A stretch of DNA of 64,000 nucleotides, from NCBI GenBank assembly GCA_965221695.1, contig OZ244905.1, positions 928,001 to 992,000 on the forward strand, written 5' to 3'. The stretch's first letter is position 1. Each line of letters opens with the position of its first letter. The notes beneath the pieces are model-generated. The model ran no database searches, had not been told where the DNA came from, and was given only the letters and a program-made list of their open reading frames with translations. Below are positions 62,490 through 64,000 of the stretch, piece by piece. Position numbers and translations under genes: made by a program. The DNA comes from Gammaproteobacteria bacterium. GTDB taxonomy: Bacteria; Pseudomonadota; Gammaproteobacteria; Eutrophobiales; Eutrophobiaceae.

Positions 62490-62801
62490 TTACGTATTGA
62501 TACCGGTAATTTCCAACTCGGTATAGGCCTGGCGATGTCCCATCTGCTTGCGATGATGTTTGCGCCGCTTGAACTTGACAACCTTGATTTTCGCTCCCCG
62601 ACCGTGGGAAACAACTGTTGCTGCGACGGACGCGCCATCCACCCGAGGAGCGCCGACTGAGATATTATCGTCGTCGACAACCATCAGCACGTCATCAATG
62701 CTGACGCTGCCACCTTCCCCGGCATTGATTTTCTCGACCCGGATGGTATCGCCTTGCTGTACTTTGTATTGTTTACCACCGGACTTTATCACTGCATACA
62801 T
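62490..62801 (-). CDS. rplU: 50S ribosomal protein L21
   Basis: [14 protein letters not shown]...GHRQAYT. Confidence 0.98.
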   Translation of the reverse strand: MYAVIKSGGKQYKVQQGDTIRVEKINAGEGGSVSIDDVLMVVDDDNISVGAPRVDGASVAATVVSHGRGAKIKVVKFKRRKHHRKQMGHRQAYTELEITGINT

Positions 62802-62912
62802 AATCATCCACACCTGTGATGTAATTTCACACCCGCGCCACCGGCGCGCTATCGGAGCGGGAGTATAATCCATAATCACTGCTGACACAAGCGCTCGGCG
62901 CGACGCTGACCA

Positions 62913-63007
62913 CAGCCCGAAACCCGTAGCCCGCAATTGCCAATCCGTAACCAACGCATCCTTACCTTTTCACCCCTTCCTTCCGGGAGCGCGGGCATCT
63001 CTCCCGC
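62913..63007. repeat. Degenerate heptamer run plus a REP-like GGGAGCGCGGGCATCTCTCCCGC motif
   Basis: CAGCCCG AAACCCG TAGCCCG CAATTGC CAATCCG TAACCAA at 62913-62954; GCGGG...CCCGC hairpin at 62985-63007. Confidence 0.4.
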
Positions 63008-63090
63008 GTCAATCTCCCATATAACGAACCTGCCGCGGACCCGACAAAATGGTATTATCGGTTCGTGCAAGCGAATGACATTGAAAATTC

Positions 63091-64000
63091 ATGAATACGG
63101 TATCTGTAAGTAAAACGGATTTGGAGTCGATCCAAGCGCTGATCCGGGAAGACATGCAGGCGGTAAACGCGTTAATACAGGAAAAACTGCATTCCGATAT
63201 CGGTCTTATCGACCAACTTGGTCATTACATCGTCAACAGCGGTGGCAAAAGGCTGCGGCCGGCCCTGGTGTTGCTCTGCGCCAACTGCTTCCGCTACCGC
63301 GGTAACCTGCACATCAAACTTGCTGCGGTCATTGAGTTTATCCACACCGCCACCCTGCTCCATGACGATGTAGTCGACGCCTCCATGCTACGGCGGGGTA
63401 AAGCGACTGCAAACCAGCGCTGGGGCAATGAGGCAAGTGTGCTGGTTGGCGATTTTCTTTATTCACGCGCCTTCCAGATGATGGTGGAGGTGGCAGATAT
63501 GCGCGTTATGGAGATCATTGCGGATGCCACCAACATCATTGCTGAAGGAGAGGTGCTGCAGCTCATCAACCGGCACGATTCAGAAACAACGGAACAGCGC
63601 TACCTGCAAGTTATACATAATAAAACGGCCAAGTTATTTGAAGCCGCTGCCCGCGCCGGCGCCGTAATTGCCGGACAGGACCAGCAGACAGAACAGGCCA
63701 TGACCGACTACGGCAAACGCTTGGGCGTAGCCTACCAACTCATAGACGATGCGCTGGATTACAGCGCTCCCAGCGATATACTTGGCAAGAACATAGGCGA
63801 TGACCTGGCAGAGGGCAAACCCACCTTGCCGCTGTTATACGCGCTCTGGCATTGTTCGCAGGAACAGGCGACGCTGATCAGGAACGCGATACAGCGCGGC
63901 AGTCTGGAACGCCTGGAAGATATCCGCCGTGCCATCACCGAAACCGGAGCAATCCAATATACCCGGCGCCGAGCTCGCCAGGAAGCCGAACTCGCGCTAA
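63091..64000 (+). CDS. ispB: Octaprenyl-diphosphate synthase (runs off the right window edge)
   Basis: Not in the ORF track. Manual translation gives GGKRLRP, IEFIHTATLLHDDVVD..RRG, VLVGDFLYSRAFQMMV and QLIDD. Confidence 0.95.
   Translation, partial: MNTVSVSKTDLESIQALIREDMQAVNALIQEKLHSDIGLIDQLGHYIVNSGGKRLRPALVLLCANCFRYRGNLHIKLAAVIEFIHTATLLHDDVVDASMLRRGKATANQRWGNEASVLVGDFLYSRAFQMMVEVADMRVMEIIADATNIIAEGEVLQLINRHDSETTEQRYLQVIHNKTAKLFEAAARAGAVIAGQDQQTEQAMTDYGKRLGVAYQLIDDALDYSAPSDILGKNIGDDLAEGKPTLPLLYALWHCSQEQATLIRNAIQRGSLERLEDIRRAITETGAIQYTRRRARQEAELAL

Overview
This is a gammaproteobacterial chromosome segment. The left part holds a partial dapE and a cbb3-type cytochrome oxidase locus: a hemerythrin gene, then ccoNOQP, a small membrane ORF and ccoGH on the minus strand, with ccoI-ccoS-cation/H+ antiporter divergent on the plus strand. 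About 11-22 kb is an accessory hotspot. It contains a Fur-boxed iron-uptake cassette (TonB receptor, FpvG-like PepSY protein, FpvH-like partner, hemP, small Cys/His protein) bracketed by a perfect 41-bp direct repeat. It also contains a coiled-coil PD-(D/E)XK protein, a His-rich secreted protein, a Crp plus cyclase-STAND pair, a phosphotransferase and several displaced gene fragments. From 22 to 64 kb are conserved core clusters: rpsB-tsf-pyrH-frr-uppS-cdsA-dxr-rseP-bamA-skp-lpxD-fabZ-lpxA-lpxB-rnhB-dnaE-accA-tilS; map-glnD-mutH-dusA-FKBP-TPR-prc-two cytochromes c; murJ-ribF-ileS-lspA-ispH; rpsT; rplU-rpmA-obgE-proB; and a partial ispB. The standout is ribosomal protein S2 (rpsB), which carries an in-frame alkyltransferase-like (ATL, PWHRIV) DNA-damage-recognition domain in its C-terminal tail while keeping its native leader and its coupling to tsf. 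An IS5-like MITE/palindrome family recurs about 10 times at gene boundaries. No CRISPR array, tRNA, rRNA, integrase or transposase was seen. All calls are by eye and from family knowledge; no database searches were run.
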